Source of the DNA: Tubiluchus corallicola | Lineage: Eukaryota > Animalia > Priapulida | Length of the DNA: 64,000 bases | Assembly (NCBI GenBank): GCA_030141605.1 | Contig: JAQGDQ010000477.1 | Coordinates: forward strand, 1 to 64,000 | Direction of reading: 5' to 3' | Shown here: piece by piece, positions 12,491 through 26,716 of the stretch | How positions within the stretch are numbered: the first letter of the stretch is position 1 | Layout: every line of letters starts with the position of its first letter | Program-made: the position numbers and the translations under genes | The notes under the pieces: generated by a model | Databases searched by the model: none | The model's input: the letters and a program-made list of their open reading frames with translations, nothing else | Told to the model about the DNA's origin: nothing

Positions 12491-15400
12491 GTCGTTTAAC
12501 AAGGCCTGAGATAAATACGATCACGATATTAGGGTGACTAAGCTGATGCACACTACACTCATCGTTCTTTTCTGTTAATATGATGAAAATGCGGCAACGA
12601 CTTATGATTTCACATCCCCCGTCTAGTTCAGCTGACGGTCTGATTACCTGTGTCTGACGGACGTTCTTAATTGTAACATGAAAAAATGTAATAAAGAAGC
12701 GGCGGTTCATAATTACATAAACCTGCATGGCTTCATGACGCGATCAATAATGCGCACTACATTCGCTCTAGTAATCTAACGAGCTGAGCAAATTTATGGG
12801 GGAAGCCACACCGAGACCCGAATCTATCGATCGGGAATTCTCTGCCTCCAGGGGCTTCGTGAGTCATAACACGGGAAAATCTGAGTTGTAAAGATAGGCA
12901 CACGTAATGCCCTATTGATCAGATGCTGAGGGAGTTTCACTGTGGCACGTACGCACCCAGCTGCGCGCACTACGATATGTCACCTTTAATATTTCATGAA
13001 AACGCCATTCATCATCGGGGTTTTAGGATTATAATAACTATGACGAGAGACAGACGAGGAAAAATTGCCTAGAGACAAGAAGATGATGATAATAACAGAC
13101 TAGGAAAGAACCGGGTAATTCCAGTTATGAAAATCATAATTAATAATAACGTTAATAATGAATCAGTACTCTAATTCGATTCGATATGACTATGGTGTGA
13201 TTGCTACGAGTCTTTATAATTTTGATAACAAATTTCTGAAACACTCTTTAATGCTGTTTTTTTTATTCCAAGAAAGTTTATTTAATACTTCTATTTGACA
13301 TCTGATATTTGACATTGATTAATGAACATTAAATGTACATGCACAATGAAAAATCGTAAATTTCAGAGTATTTATTCATTATCAGACATGTTCCATTGTT
13401 TCACATAATTTATCATAAACCTGGATAGCGGCAGGTGAGAAATCAATTTTAGTAACGTAGCTCGTAGCCTCTGCGTATACGATTAAAAGTCAAAAGTTAA
13501 TTTTCTCAGCCATTTTGCGTTCTATATTGTTTTGTTGTCGGTGGCTTAAAATTAAAATTAAAAAGGTAAGACGAAGGAAAAATATCTGGCGGCCTCCAAG
13601 GACCTCAAACACAGTGCAGCTTGTGTCTGCATGTTACAGACATGCGCAAAGCGGACACCTGGTGAAAAAGTCTCTTCAAAATTCTACTCACAACCTAATT
13701 TTATATTATAACAAGGCGAAATTTAAAGAATTTTTTGCTATTATTCGTAAACTGATTCACCCGAGCCACACATATAAAGACTGTATCATGTAGATTAGAG
13801 CAATAAGACTTTACCCACGTACAGCAAACACCTATGATCCATGCACGAGCCCGCCAAAAACGGTTTGTTTACGTAATAAAAACAAACAGCTTGGGTCAAC
13901 TATATTTTTAGCAGCTGTACGATTGCGAAGTCGATAAAAATCTAATTTAGGATATGTAAATAATTCTAGCAAGTTTACCAACAAAAATGAGTATGAAATA
14001 ATTGTATAAAATTTAGGTCGCAGAAACATGAACCCGTCAGCAAGAGGTACGTGTGCTATAAAATTGTAAAACTATAGGGTAATATAATAATATCGAGAAT
14101 TAATTTCACTAACACGCTTACATGTGCACGTAGCACAGTATTATTCTATCTTCTCATAGACTAGAAGTTGAGACAGTACGATGGGATAGATCCCCCTATC
14201 CCGCACGACCTAAGTCTGTCTCCCTGCAGTAACGCAGTGCAAGACGAAGAACACAATTAGTTTAGAAACTTGATTACCGGCAACCGAACACAGCCATTGC
14301 TTACGTCAGAAACTAACCACAGTTTGTGCAAAGGCACGCATCTTCCCTTGTGCGTAAAGTACACGTTTGCGTAAGTGTTACTGCTTAAACACGTGATGTC
14401 ATGAAAATGGCCTCTACGTCAGAAACTAACACTGCAGTTCATAATCATGGTTATCCCGGTACCGCTTTCTATTTGTCGGCCACGCGAATGCGACGAAGAG
14501 GCGCCGTTGCCAATCTTAGTAAATTCACTGAGCTTTGACGTTTAACAAAATTTGAGTATCCGGGGTAATTATTATTTAATCTAAGCTATTGTAATTTGCA
14601 ATATTTTAGAGCATTCTTTATTCTGAACTAATGTTTACACAATCGTCCGGTTTTCCTTTAATGACATTAAAAATGCTACAGCTACTACTAAATAAAGGTG
14701 TTCTGGTTTTCTTGAATATATTTGTAAGGCCCAAAATATGCATTGGGCTAATTTATAACACCCGAGGCGCTTGAGAAAACTTAATTAAAATAATAAACAG
14801 GTACAAGTACATAGTGTAGTTACATGCCCACGGCAATACTGCATAATACGTACAGATTTTAGGGCATAGATATACCCATTTACCGCTTTATCGTAAAGCT
14901 CTTGAAAGTACCTCAAATTATTTCAGCCTCTCTGTATGTTGCTACGCGTCCCAATGCCACAATGCTTTTATTTATACACGAAATTACCCGGCCCCCTCCC
15001 GCGTAGCACCCTCGGGTGCTTTTCACAGTTCTATCAGTTATTATAACGCTATTTCTTCGCAGAGCCATTTCAATCTTGAATTTGTAGCACTCATTTGCAT
15101 GTTTTGGCCTGCTTATTATCAAACAACAATGAAAATTTAGGGTGCGTAGTAATTCACAAATTGCCGCCAAATATTTTTCTAGTGTTCTTACAGGGAGGTG
15201 CGTGTGGATCGGTGTGCCCAAAAAATTAAGCCATTTCATTCATGTTTAGAGGGATGGCGTCGCGCTGTGAAGACAGGGTGCAGCAAAAAATCAGCACACA
15301 ACTTTTGCCTAGTCCAAATAGTAGTTACCGATATTTGTAAATACCGAAGTGGTTTGTCCTTTGATTTCTTAAATATTTCTTTGCGCGTTTGGTGGAGTAT

Positions 15401-16168
15401 GTAGGTAAAGTGAGCTTTAATTCTAGCTACCGGATATGGAGCTGCCCTGAAGGAGTGTAGCAGTTACGAAGACCAGGTCAAGATCGCTTTACCATTTATA
15501 TCGTCTTCTGATTTACTGTGTTTGGCCATATAGTCATAATAGTAATATGCATAAATAACAGACCCTGGATGTAAAAAAGGGCGGGAGAATTATAAAATGT
15601 TTGCAAAGTCGCCCATTATCGGAACTGTGTGCGTTGTGAGCTTGGCGTGGGGTCATTTTTGATGCCTTTTTTCCCGTTGGGCAGTAAAAACTTTCGTTTC
15701 TCCTTCCGCTTTGTGCCTGTTTTCCTGCGTGCACTGAGTTCTGTAATGATCAGCATTTAAATGCTGATGGATTTTCCGTGTTTTTGGAAGATAAGTATCA
15801 AGGATCTATGAGCCGCTTGTTCGTCGTTCATGTCATAGATAATAAACACGCACAAATCTTCTTGAATTATTATAAGCTGCTGCCTGCATTTGCATAGCAT
15901 AAACACGAACGTGCCATTTGCTAATTATAGCCAGCGTTTTTTAAGCTTCTGTCTCTTAGAGATTTCATCGCCTGGTGTGTGTATGTGTGCTACTGTGCTT
16001 TCTAAACTTCCCTGGTCGGAATTCATCTTTTGCTTAATTGATTCATTTGTTTTTGGTTTTTTTAATATTGAACAAATGATTTTTTTAAATTTGAATATAA
16101 TTTGAAATGTATGTATAATGTGCATGTTTGTACAAATCAGTCAAATAAAAATTTAAATCTCAAAATAT

Positions 16169-16662
<494 letters not shown>

Positions 16663-17320
16663 ATGCATCTAGAAATAAAGTTATTACTATCTTCATTATA
16701 ACCGCCAAACAGCTAATTTGTTGATGAGACTGTGCCTGCCGGAAGCTGTAAAATCTTCAATCCCTCAAAAACCGCCATGTTTTTACTTCACCATCCCGCT
16801 GATTTTAAACTGAATTAAGGTTGAAGACTAAATTGATACTTCCTCTGTTATTGAAGAAGTCAAACACGAAATTGTATTGAAAGACACTGAAGGACGTCTC
16901 ACTAATTTTCTAAACTGGAGAATGTGGTCAAACTGAAATATAAAGAAATGCATTGTACGGACGAGCAAGTGCAATCAATAGGTCTACCACGCATAGAAAA
17001 ACATCCACGATGGACACTTGAACGATGTAGGTCAGTAATTCTGCTGACCAGTGACCACTAGATGACCATTGCGATTCGCGTCGATGGCCAACAATAATAA
17101 ACAGACGTCTCGAATGGATTGGTCCCTAAAATCGTCAAATTAACTTCTGAGTGGGAACTCAATCGGACAGCCACGAATGCAGCCATGGATAAAAACTAAC
17201 CTCTGCTATTTAATACTTTGTACAAGCGCCAGAATGCCAAAAAAATTTGAACACGCTTGACTTGATAACGACGGAATGAAAGTCTATGTTGAAGACGATG
17301 ACGGCATTGTATTTGTATTT

Positions 17321-17729
17321 AATGATAATGATGATGATGATGATGATGATGATGGTGATGATGATGGTGATGATGATGATGACGACGACGACGACGATGA
17401 TGATGGTGGTGGTGGTGATGACGATGATGATGATGAAGACGATGATGGTGGTGGTGATGACGATGATGATGATGACGACGACGACGACGATGATGATGAT
17501 GAAGATGATGATGACGATGACGATCATGATGATGATGATGACGATGACGATCATGATGATGAAGATGATGATGACGATGATGATGAAGATGATGATGATG
17601 AAGAAGAAGATGATGATAATGAAGAAGAAGAAGATGGTGAAGATGATGATGCCACCAGGGGCGATGGTAAAGTTAATGATCACAATAATGGATGATGATG
17701 ATGATGGTGGTGGTGGTGGTGGTGATGAC

Positions 17730-17762
<33 letters not shown>

Positions 17763-17787
17763 GGTGGTGACGATGATGATGATGACG
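17321..17787. repeat. Compound (GAT/GAC/GGT/GAA)n trinucleotide repeat
   Basis: Direct inspection. Contains the non-repetitive island gccaccaggggcgatggtaaagt, shared with the 29.5-kb tract. Confidence 0.95.
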
Positions 17788-18279
17788 AAAAACTGTGCAT
17801 TTGGGGTAGGGACGGTGAAAAACAAGTTCCTAGAAATTCTGCCACGTTTTTTATTTAATACTGCAATTAATACCGAATACGATGTCAAAGGACAAAACTA
17901 TATTTTAATAGCAGGTGGCGTAGTCACTGAGAACACGAACACGGAACGGAGTATCAGCTGTATTCATAAACAGCTAATTTCAAATCGAAAATTTAGATAT
18001 AGTCAACAATCTATTGCTAAGTAGGCAATAGATTCTGGTAAGACAGCTGGCCGTAACCACATTGACAAATGAGAAGCAATCTACAGCATATGGGGACAGC
18101 ATGTAACCTACTAATGGACTCGCCCTCGGAGAGAAACCCCATGCGTAGACGATTTCCGCTCAAAGACCCTTGGAGAAACATTGAAGTAAACAGGACTAGT
18201 AACTCTAGAATTCCATTCAGCATTTCTCGGTTCACGCGCTCAAGGTCGTTGTCTGCTACGTTGTGACGCCCCTGTTCTT

Positions 18280-18377
18280 TGCACGTTCAAGTTTAATGAA
18301 GCCAGATGAAGCCAGGTATCATTGATGTTGCGCAACAGGTCACCTACGCGGAGTTTCATCACTTTTTAATTACTTAA
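18280..18377 (+). repeat. ~98-bp dispersed repeat ending in TTAA, copy 2
   Basis: Matches 9064-9161. Similarity stops at the same TTAA. Confidence 0.9.
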
Positions 18378-20565
18378 AGGAAAACAGGATGATATTTCGC
18401 ACGCTACTCCATTTCAGAGTACGGCAAAAGGTATTTTAACACCTACAATACTGTCAAAGCATATGTTAAGTTTAAAATTCAAAGTTCAAGTTTACTGTTG
18501 TTCTCGCGCATGCGCTCTCGAACGTGAAATTAGGTTTCTACGGTAATAATTCTTTCACGTTAGTCGTTATTGAAAAAAAATAGTACTTTTCCTTTCAATA
18601 TTTTAAAGAGTAGATTGTTTTGAGCTGGTCAATAGCTCAAAGAAGTAGAAAAGTCGACACATTGTCATGCAGTCATCTCATGCATGTACTTAGTAGTTCC
18701 CAATGTAAATTGAGATGCCCATATCGTGCTCAAGCATATTAACTCCTGGAGTGCCGCAGCCAAATTTTGCCGTCGCCTTAACTTGTTGCATTAATCATTC
18801 GCGTTTCAAAATTGGTGAATTTACTTACTGGTGTCATTTTACCATTACTGGTTGTTTTACTACTACTTTGTGGAATTCGCTTTGTGGAATTCACTGAAAT
18901 GATTGTTTCCGACATCTCCAGGAAAGTTTGGCCGGAGCATCCGGTTTTGCTGCTGCTTCTCGTATTTCTGCAGTCTTTGATCCAAGAATTTTCGTTTAAT
19001 CTTTTATGCGCAGAACTTTTTTTACTAGAAAACTGTTTCTATATATTAACTACAGCCTCAGCTGATTAAAGAAGTGTCGCAAAAATCTCCCATCAGCAAC
19101 AAATTAGTAATAAAATTCCATAATGGTTAACATTTAGGACACATGTCCTGGTACTGGCAGCTGTCAGAGTCGAACTCAAGACTGCGTGGTTGCAGTCCGA
19201 AATGTATACCACTCGGCCATCCAACCCATTTCTATTAATCCGTAAAACCATCAACTGACCACTGCAATTTTTGGCCAATTTGCACAACAACGCAAGGCTG
19301 GATCACAGATTCTGAAACTCCACTCCAGGAGTTGCCATATTTACAACCAAACTTCTGCTGGAAAACTGTGCCATAGTTCTGCAAACACTAGACTAGCAAA
19401 GCTTCATCCACAGACATCCACCTTCCCATTTCCTGGAATGGTTGCAACCCCTAACTTTTTCGCATTTCTCCTTTTGGTTTAATTTCTAAACTCGATTCTG
19501 TAATTTATTCTCAAATTCTCACACCCAACTTAAAACACGATTCTCAAAACTTCATTTCTTGACAGAAAGAGAAATTTTCCTGTAACCGTTTTTTTTTTGA
19601 ATGTAGACATTTGTTCGTGTTCAAACGTTCATGCTGTATGGACAGTAAGATCAATGACAAAACCCATTTCCATTGAAAATTATGGAAATAGACAAAATCG
19701 AAGAAGTAAATCAGCGTGATAGATTTCCGTGTAAGTCATTGAAAGAACTAAATTAGAACGGATGTTAGATATCATCTGAGGTCAGTCGGATCAACATTCA
19801 AGAAGATATGCAAATACGAATCCATCGCACAGTTCATCTTCGACAAAATGTCTACGACTTGTTCGTTTCTTTTCAACAAGTATGGGAGCTTAGACGGGCC
19901 ACCAGAATAATCGCTGGGTAATTTCAGCTTAACTCCCACTTTTCGCGGTTTTATGGAAAAGCGAAAAGCTGTAATTTTCGCAAAAAAAGTGCACTTTAGC
20001 TTCTCTGATTTACCCATTCACCGAGCGCGATAACCAACAGTGAATTGCGAAAACCGAGACAAGAGCAAAGCCAAACAATCGGGAACAGGTCCCTGAAATA
20101 ACACCTTCTGTCGTTCTTAACAAATGCCAAAGAAAGGCGGCTTGCACATTCTATTTAGACACAAAAGCGGAATGTTCTCATTTCGTGGATAGTTCAAATA
20201 TCACAACACTGGCAGTATATTTAGCAATGCATGTTTCTAGACGATCTTGTGGGAGAGGAATTCTAGAGTCAGAGCTGCCGTTTACACTACCAGAGGTAAG
20301 GGACCAAACTCAGTCCAAACTTACATACGGACAAAGAAGGCTAGAACTTATAAATTCAAGCTGTGCAATGTCTGCAATCAACAACTGCACTTTGTTAAAC
20401 ACACCATACTCTTTATATTGTCTTAATGAGTATATAAACAGAGACAAATTCGAGACAAAATATGAATCAAGTTTGGGCTTCACAAGGCCCTATTATCAAC
20501 TGCTAACCTGGCCCGGATTTGTAATAGATATTGCCATTACAGTTTAGATTAATAGATCTTCTTTG

Positions 20566-20850
20566 TCATCATTATCTTTATCATCGTCGTCATCATCACC
20601 GTCATCACCATCGTCATCGTCATCACCATCGTCATCATCATCATCATCGTCGTCGTTCTCGTCATCATCATCATCATCATCGTCATCATCGTCGTCGTCA
20701 CCATCGTCGTCGTCGTCATCATCATCATCATCATATGCGTCATCGTTGCCATCTCCACTAGCACAATGATTACCAGCACTAACAGAATTACTGTCTTTGC
20801 TGTCGTCCAAATCACCATCATCATCGTTGTCACCATTACTATCGTCATCA
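20566..20850. repeat. (CAT/CGT/CAC)n trinucleotide repeat
   Basis: Direct inspection. Confidence 0.95.
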
Positions 20851-21299
20851 TGAAATTATTGCTTCGACAAATGCAGTTAACTACTTATATTTATATATAT
20901 ATTACTTTATAAAATATATTATTTTAATTAACTAGTTTTTCGGATATTAATTATTTTGCTAATTCCAGACGTTGAATATAATCAATGACTAAAATTTTAA
21001 TATTACGATTAAGCTTTGATTATTTCTCATTTAGAAAGTAGTTTCGTTTTCTTAACCATCTCAGGTGAAACTTGGGTGCAAAGGTCTAGACTGCAATACG
21101 TAACGCTACAGTGGACAGAATGTGTTCATTTTCCATTGGAACGAAATACAAGTCAGAGATTATTTAATGCAGGAAAATGACGCTCAATAAAAGAACGATA
21201 AATCACTGTTAGCGTTCACTAACTAAACACACCACAACGTTGAACGATCCGAGGCCCCGGATAACCACATTGTAGCCAAGTAATGCCAACTTCTGTGCA

Positions 21300-21810
21300 T
21301 CATTTTAGATTAGATTTTAGATTTAAAAGCTTTATTTCGCAATAAACATATACATATACGTTACATGTGCATCGATAATCGGTTTTTGTTAATACAAAAT
21401 TGTGATACAATTCATGAATTCTGCGCTAGAGACCTAAGAAGCTAGCTTATGGTAGGCCACTAGAATTAGTTGCAAAAAATTACAATATATACAGATACAA
21501 TATTACAATATATACAAATATAAATACGGGTGGGAAGTAATAAAAATATTATTATACTAGAGGGGAAGTTTTTGAAAATGAAAAACAACAAATCATGATT
21601 GAGTGATCAGTTATATGTTTCAAGTAAGTTTAATTTATAATTTTTTTTTCAATATGGACAGCGAGTTGGCATTTTTAAAGCTGGAGCAATTGAATTCCAT
21701 GTGTAAGGGCCATTGTATTTAATAGAACATTTTCTAACATTAGTGTTGCACTGTATGTAGTCATAGTTAAGTCTATAACGTGTACCGTAATTATGTATCT
21801 CAGCATTCAA
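21300..21810 (-). mobile_element. Degraded L2/Crack-type LINE 3' end
   Basis: Minus strand of ~21650-21750 reads CNTNVRKCSIKYNGPYTWNSIAPALK, resembling the ORF2-terminal F.I.Y.GP..WN.L motif. It is followed by an AT-rich UTR, AATAAA and a short-repeat tail near 21305-21340. Confidence 0.65.
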
Positions 21811-21944
21811 AAATTCAAGCAAGTATTCAGCATTATAGACGTCAAGTTAGACCAAAAACCTTATAAAATATTCATGATGGAATAAACCAACAGTTAATTA
21901 ATTAAACTTTGATACTAAACTAGAAATGCATTAAAAGTTGGGAA

Positions 21945-22016
21945 GCGGCCTTGATTTGAACCACGGACCTACTGCTTGCAAGGCAGACTCCTCAATCTGC
22001 CAGTAGTCAAGCCACT
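21945..22016 (-). other. Degenerate tRNA-like sequence (Ala-TGC-like anticodon arm) inside a repeat element; not a functional tRNA
   Basis: Minus strand gtggcttgactactgg...ctgc-cttgcaa-gcag...ggttcaaatc gives an A-box-like motif, anticodon hairpin and B-box. The acceptor stem does not pair. Confidence 0.6.
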
Positions 22017-22505
22017 GGAAAGGTCATCTCCTTAGCAGCCAAGCGAATTCAGCATTTCTAATCTTAAATCGCTTAATTAACTAATTAATTAACTTTATCC
22101 TGATTAAATTAAGCCAGAAATTTCCGTGGATATTCAATTAATTGCTATAATCTTAATGTCAAAGCATCAAAGTCTTAATCTTAACATTAAGATAATAATA
22201 AGGGGAACTTATATTTGCGAGATTATTTAATTAGATGGAACATCTTACACAGTTTTCTCTGCATTCGAACCAGCATTTGTAGAATGTACTGTAATTGTTG
22301 CAAACGCCTGCCCACATAAACACATTAGAAAAGCAAAGTTCACAGTCTAGTAATTTAATATTTAATAATAATTTAACATTTAATCATTCTAGTGGTTTAG
22401 TAAAATACTTGTGCCTAATTCCTGTTTCTTCGTTTCAATGTCATTGCTCAGATTCTATTTCCTACAACATTTATTAAATTGTCAGCTTTTTAATCTCTAC
22501 GTTAA

Positions 22506-22965
22506 CCCTTTCAGTCGCAAATTATTTTTTTAATTAGAAAGACTTTTTTGGCTTGGTACTTTTGTTCAGTATGTCCATCTTGTTTACACATAATAATTAT
22601 TTTTTTCTACCTGTGCCCGCGTGCTAAATATAGCCTGTATCCCACGGGATACATTGGGATTCAATGGAAGCATAAAATGTGCTTCATTTTGCAACTGTTG
22701 ATAATTTTTTAAAGTATTTAAGACATTTAGTATGCACGCTATGCTGATCTGTACAAAGTCGTCTCTAAAGTACTGTACCTTGCGCAGTTTTTTATGCTAC
22801 GTAGATTTTCTAGTTTGCCATTTTATCACCATTTTTAGTCTATTGTTATTGGCTTAAATCAAAATAACTATTAACAGATCAAATAACTGTCAGTTTTAAA
22901 ATTTTATTCATTTTAAAGGTAGAAAATATTCTCGTATCCCACGGGATACAACGGGTATGAAAGGG
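22506..22965 (+). mobile_element. piggyBac-type MITE, copy 3
   Basis: ttaa|ccctttca...tgaaaggg|ttaa with TSDs at 22502-22505 and 22966-22969. 460 bp, near-identical to copies 1 and 2. Confidence 0.94.
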
Positions 22966-23780
22966 TTAAGGACATTTTCCCGTACATTCTTTTATTCGCC
23001 TGTTTTCTAAACAACACTGTCCTGTAAGACCGAGTTTAGATCTGTAAAATTAAGTTTAGATCTAGTTCATATTTAACGCTTTGTAAAACCTTTTGCAATA
23101 AAAGTTGTCGCAAACAACTACGCGTATTATATAATCAGTTATTTAAAATGATCCCAATTTGTTTATTTGTTTAAAAAGACCAAGGATATAGATACACGTC
23201 TGAGCAAAATTTAAGCTGATCTTTCACGGCGGGCTGCCTATTCAATTTGTTTTTCTTGCCTGATAGATGGGTGTTGTTCATCTTCATTCTAAGCCATTAT
23301 CCTATCTATTTTGTTTTGCTTTGTCATATTGATATGTGTTGTTCGTCTTAAGAAAACATCAAGTGTTTATCTTAAAGTGACCCGACCGGGTCTCATTGTG
23401 AATATTTCATTGTCGAAATTTCAGCGCGCTTGTCAAAGCGGCTGATTTGAGTTGCTGCATTCCTAACAAGCGTTTTCAACGGTTGAACACTTTACCATTG
23501 TAAAACGAAATAGGAAAATGAAAAAGTTCATTGATTAGACTTTAAATAGATTAAACATTTATAAGCTATAGCTCCTGTAGTTGTCTTCCTTTCAAACTAA
23601 TATCAAATCAATCAATCAATTTATTTCACTCCAGCAATACATATACAATACATCAACATACAATATTATTGAGACAAAAAGAAACAGTATAGGTAAAAAA
23701 ACGTTGATAAAGTCAAATTAACTAAATAAAAGAGTTGCTGCATGACACCTTGAAAGCTTGGCTTGTTAAGGTGGCACAAA

Positions 23781-24235
23781 TGAGTGAATGAAAGAATGGT
23801 TAGGGTTAGTAGACATGATGGAATGGAGAAAAATAGTAAGATTAGGGATAGGAAGAAGGAAGGGAGGGGTGGATGAGTGAATGAAAGAATGGTTAGGGTT
23901 AGTAGACACGATGGAATGGAAAAAAACTAGTAAGATTAGGGATAGGAAGAAGGAAGGGAGGGGAGGAAGAGTGAATGGAAGAATGGTTAGGGTTAGTAGA
24001 CATGATGGAGTGGAAAAAATAGTAAGATTGGGGATAGGAAGAAGGAAGGGAGGGGAGGATGAGTGAATGAAAGAATGGTTAGGGTTAGTAGACATGATGG
24101 AGTGGAAAAAATAGTAAGATCAGGGATAGGAAGAAGGAAGGGAGGGGAGGATGAGTGAATGAAAGAATGGTTAGGGTTAGTAGACATGATGGAATGGAAA
24201 AAATAGTAAGATTAGGGAGAGGAAGAAGGAAAAGA
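23781..24235. repeat. ~93-bp purine-rich minisatellite, ~5 copies, containing ggttagggttag
   Basis: Unit tgagtgaatgaaagaatggttagggttagtagacatgatgg...ggaggggagga, recurring at 23781, 23874, ~23968, 24060 and 24152. Confidence 0.95.
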
Positions 24236-24493
24236 GGAGAAGAAACGACCACTGATAAAAACTAAATTTCAGGTTGATTAATTTTACTGACCTACGTAGA
24301 TCTATTAGTGTACGAATAGATCCACTGGCAATCTCACAGGACTGATAAGAGATTCATCACTCCGTGAAATCCTTTTTCTGTAAATTGGGGTAAAAAACTA
24401 TATTTAAATTTAATGATGCTAAAAACAGTATATGTAGTTCATTTTGCAAAAAATAATTTTATTGTCTGCGACGTTAAATCGTTTTGAACCAAT

Positions 24494-24640
24494 GTAAAAG
24501 TCATAGGTAAAGAAGTCCCAGAAAGAAATCCCAGGAAAGAAGGCAGAGGAAAAAATAAATAATCCTAACCCTTGTCTAACCCCTAACCCTTTCTTCTTCC
24601 TGTGATCTTTTTCCTAGTCAAAATTGTGGCTTTATCGCCA
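24494..24640. mobile_element. Short IR element with a cctaaccc core (unexpanded relative of 51402-52401)
   Basis: Right arm ttcctgtgatctttttcctagtcaaaattgtggc matches 52347-52380. Left arm has aaagtc..aggaaa subrepeats. Core has three cctaaccc-like motifs. Confidence 0.6.
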
Positions 24641-26333
24641 TCTTCCCTAGAGTATAACTACAGACAATAAGATATTAGAGAGAATTCTTTAAAATAATCA
24701 AATTGAAAAATAATTTGTCTGCGGTTCTCGATCAAAGGCTGTTATTTGTCTACATTAAACAAACAAACGTTGAATCATCCGAATTGATTGTAGTTTTTTG
24801 TCTGAAAACTTAAATTACAAAAAAAAAAGAGTCAATAAAAGGACGCTGGGACGAAAATCAGTTCAAACTGGTAATTACAGTCCAAAGTTGACGGTCCTTG
24901 CCTCGTCATTGAGTTCTTGGCGAAACTGATGAGCTTAATCAATGTTACCTGTTCTAGAACTGCAAACATAATACCTGTATAAATAAGCATTGGTGAAAGG
25001 AAGTCGGCGCAGATAAGAAACACGTTCACGATACAAAAACGCTCGGTTACTGGAAAATGAAAACAACGTTTAAAAACGCCCTGGTCTCCAAAGACCAATG
25101 CACTACCTTGACTGGAGGTTATAATTAGAGAGGTTACAGAGGCGAGGTTTATAGAACCTGTATGACGCTGCTTGTACTTCGCAGAGTAGATACAAACTCA
25201 AGTAGCATCAACAAGTACGAGCAATTAGAGCTCGTTAAGTTGTTAACATTTGTGTGCTGTTGGACTACGTATATCTGTCAAAGCTCGAAATTCCTTAATG
25301 CATCAGATTCACGCCTGCGAAACACGTTCGCTGATTATCACAGGATGGTATGGGGCCAGCACACGACACCACTGAGCTCAAAATTGCAGAGAAAAATTGA
25401 ACAAGTTAAAGAGGTTAATACCATTCTCAAGGATGAACGTGTCGAAAGGGTTGTTATCAATAACATAAAAGACGTCTGTCCTGTGCGTGAATCAGAAGGA
25501 AAGGGTTGAAGGGTCTATTACCTCTTGTTTGAATTGAACAAATCTCTTAAGAAATGTTGCACTGGTTGTCATTAGCAACACAAAAGAGCGTCTTATCTAA
25601 ACAATGCGCGTGCTATCAGAGAATGCACAATGGAAAGAATACAATGGTACAAGAGTTACGATCAAGTCTTTGGCGTAGGAAAGTGAAGAGTGGAGACCTC
25701 GGCGTGACTCTTTAAAATAATTATAGTTAAACTGGTCGGGCCGCTGTGGTAAACCTAAATTAGTTTTAAGAAGTTCATTTATTTTTGTCTAGCGTAAAAT
25801 CCATATAAATATCTGCCTGAACGCCGTGAAGAAAAAGATAGATAAGCTTCATACTGTTCATACTAAAATGACAATTTAAAACTGCAAAATAATACAAGAT
25901 TTCACAAAAAAAAAAAATCATTAAGATTGATGTAAATAAATAAAATAACTTATTCTGTTATAAAATACTTAATCAAGCCGTTAGGAATAAACAGTTCATT
26001 CTATATTACATTGCATTATGAAATGTGAGAATCACAGTAAAATTCTTCATATCTCAGGCACAGCGATAACAATAAAGTTCAGTTTGATGATAAAGACTCC
26101 AAAACTGTATTCAGTTGTACGCTTGCATGAATAAATGCGTTTTTAAAAGATGTCTAGATTTTTCAAAATTTTCGCAAATTAGTCTATGGGCTTAGGCGTT
26201 AAATTACCGAGTGTATGTATCATTTTACAGAAATGTTTTTACAATTAATTAATCGCTTAATTATCGGTGACAGATTAACAAGCGATGTACATGTATTTAC
26301 GCCACTAATTATGTATAACTTATGTATTCTGTT

Positions 26334-26716
26334 GTTACCAGTCAAAGCATCACCTGTCAAAGGATCACCAGTCAAAGGATCACCAGTCAAAGGATCACCT
26401 GTCAAAGGATCACCAGTCAAAGGATCACCAGTCAAAGGATCACCAGTCAAAGGATCACCAGTCAAAGGATCACCTGTCAAAGGATCACCAGTCAAAGGAC
26501 CACCAGTCAAAGGATCACCAGTCAAAGGATCACCTGTCAAAGGACCATCACGAAAAACACCTCCACTAGCCAAAGAACCACCTCCAACGCTTTAAGATTG
26601 GTCAAAGGACCACTTCTCAGAGGGGTGGATTGAAGACCGTCGGTGGTCCTTTGACCTACACTATTAGGAGGTGAAGGGCAGTGAAACGACTTGGCGCTAG
26701 CGAAGTGACTTGTAAG
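26334..26716. mobile_element. Small IR element with a 15-bp tandem array (~14 copies, 26338-26548) in its left arm
   Basis: Unit cc(a/t)gtcaaaggatca. Outer IR ttaccagtca / tgacttgtaa. Inner IR gtcaaaggaccac (26601) / gtggtcctttgac (26643). Confidence 0.7.

Noticed and set aside
17210-20851. Poly-Asp, poly-His, poly-Met and poly-Ser ORFs (acidic biomineralisation-like proteins)
   Set aside because: Trinucleotide microsatellites open in most frames, with no signal peptide or unique domain. The same tracts recur across the window.
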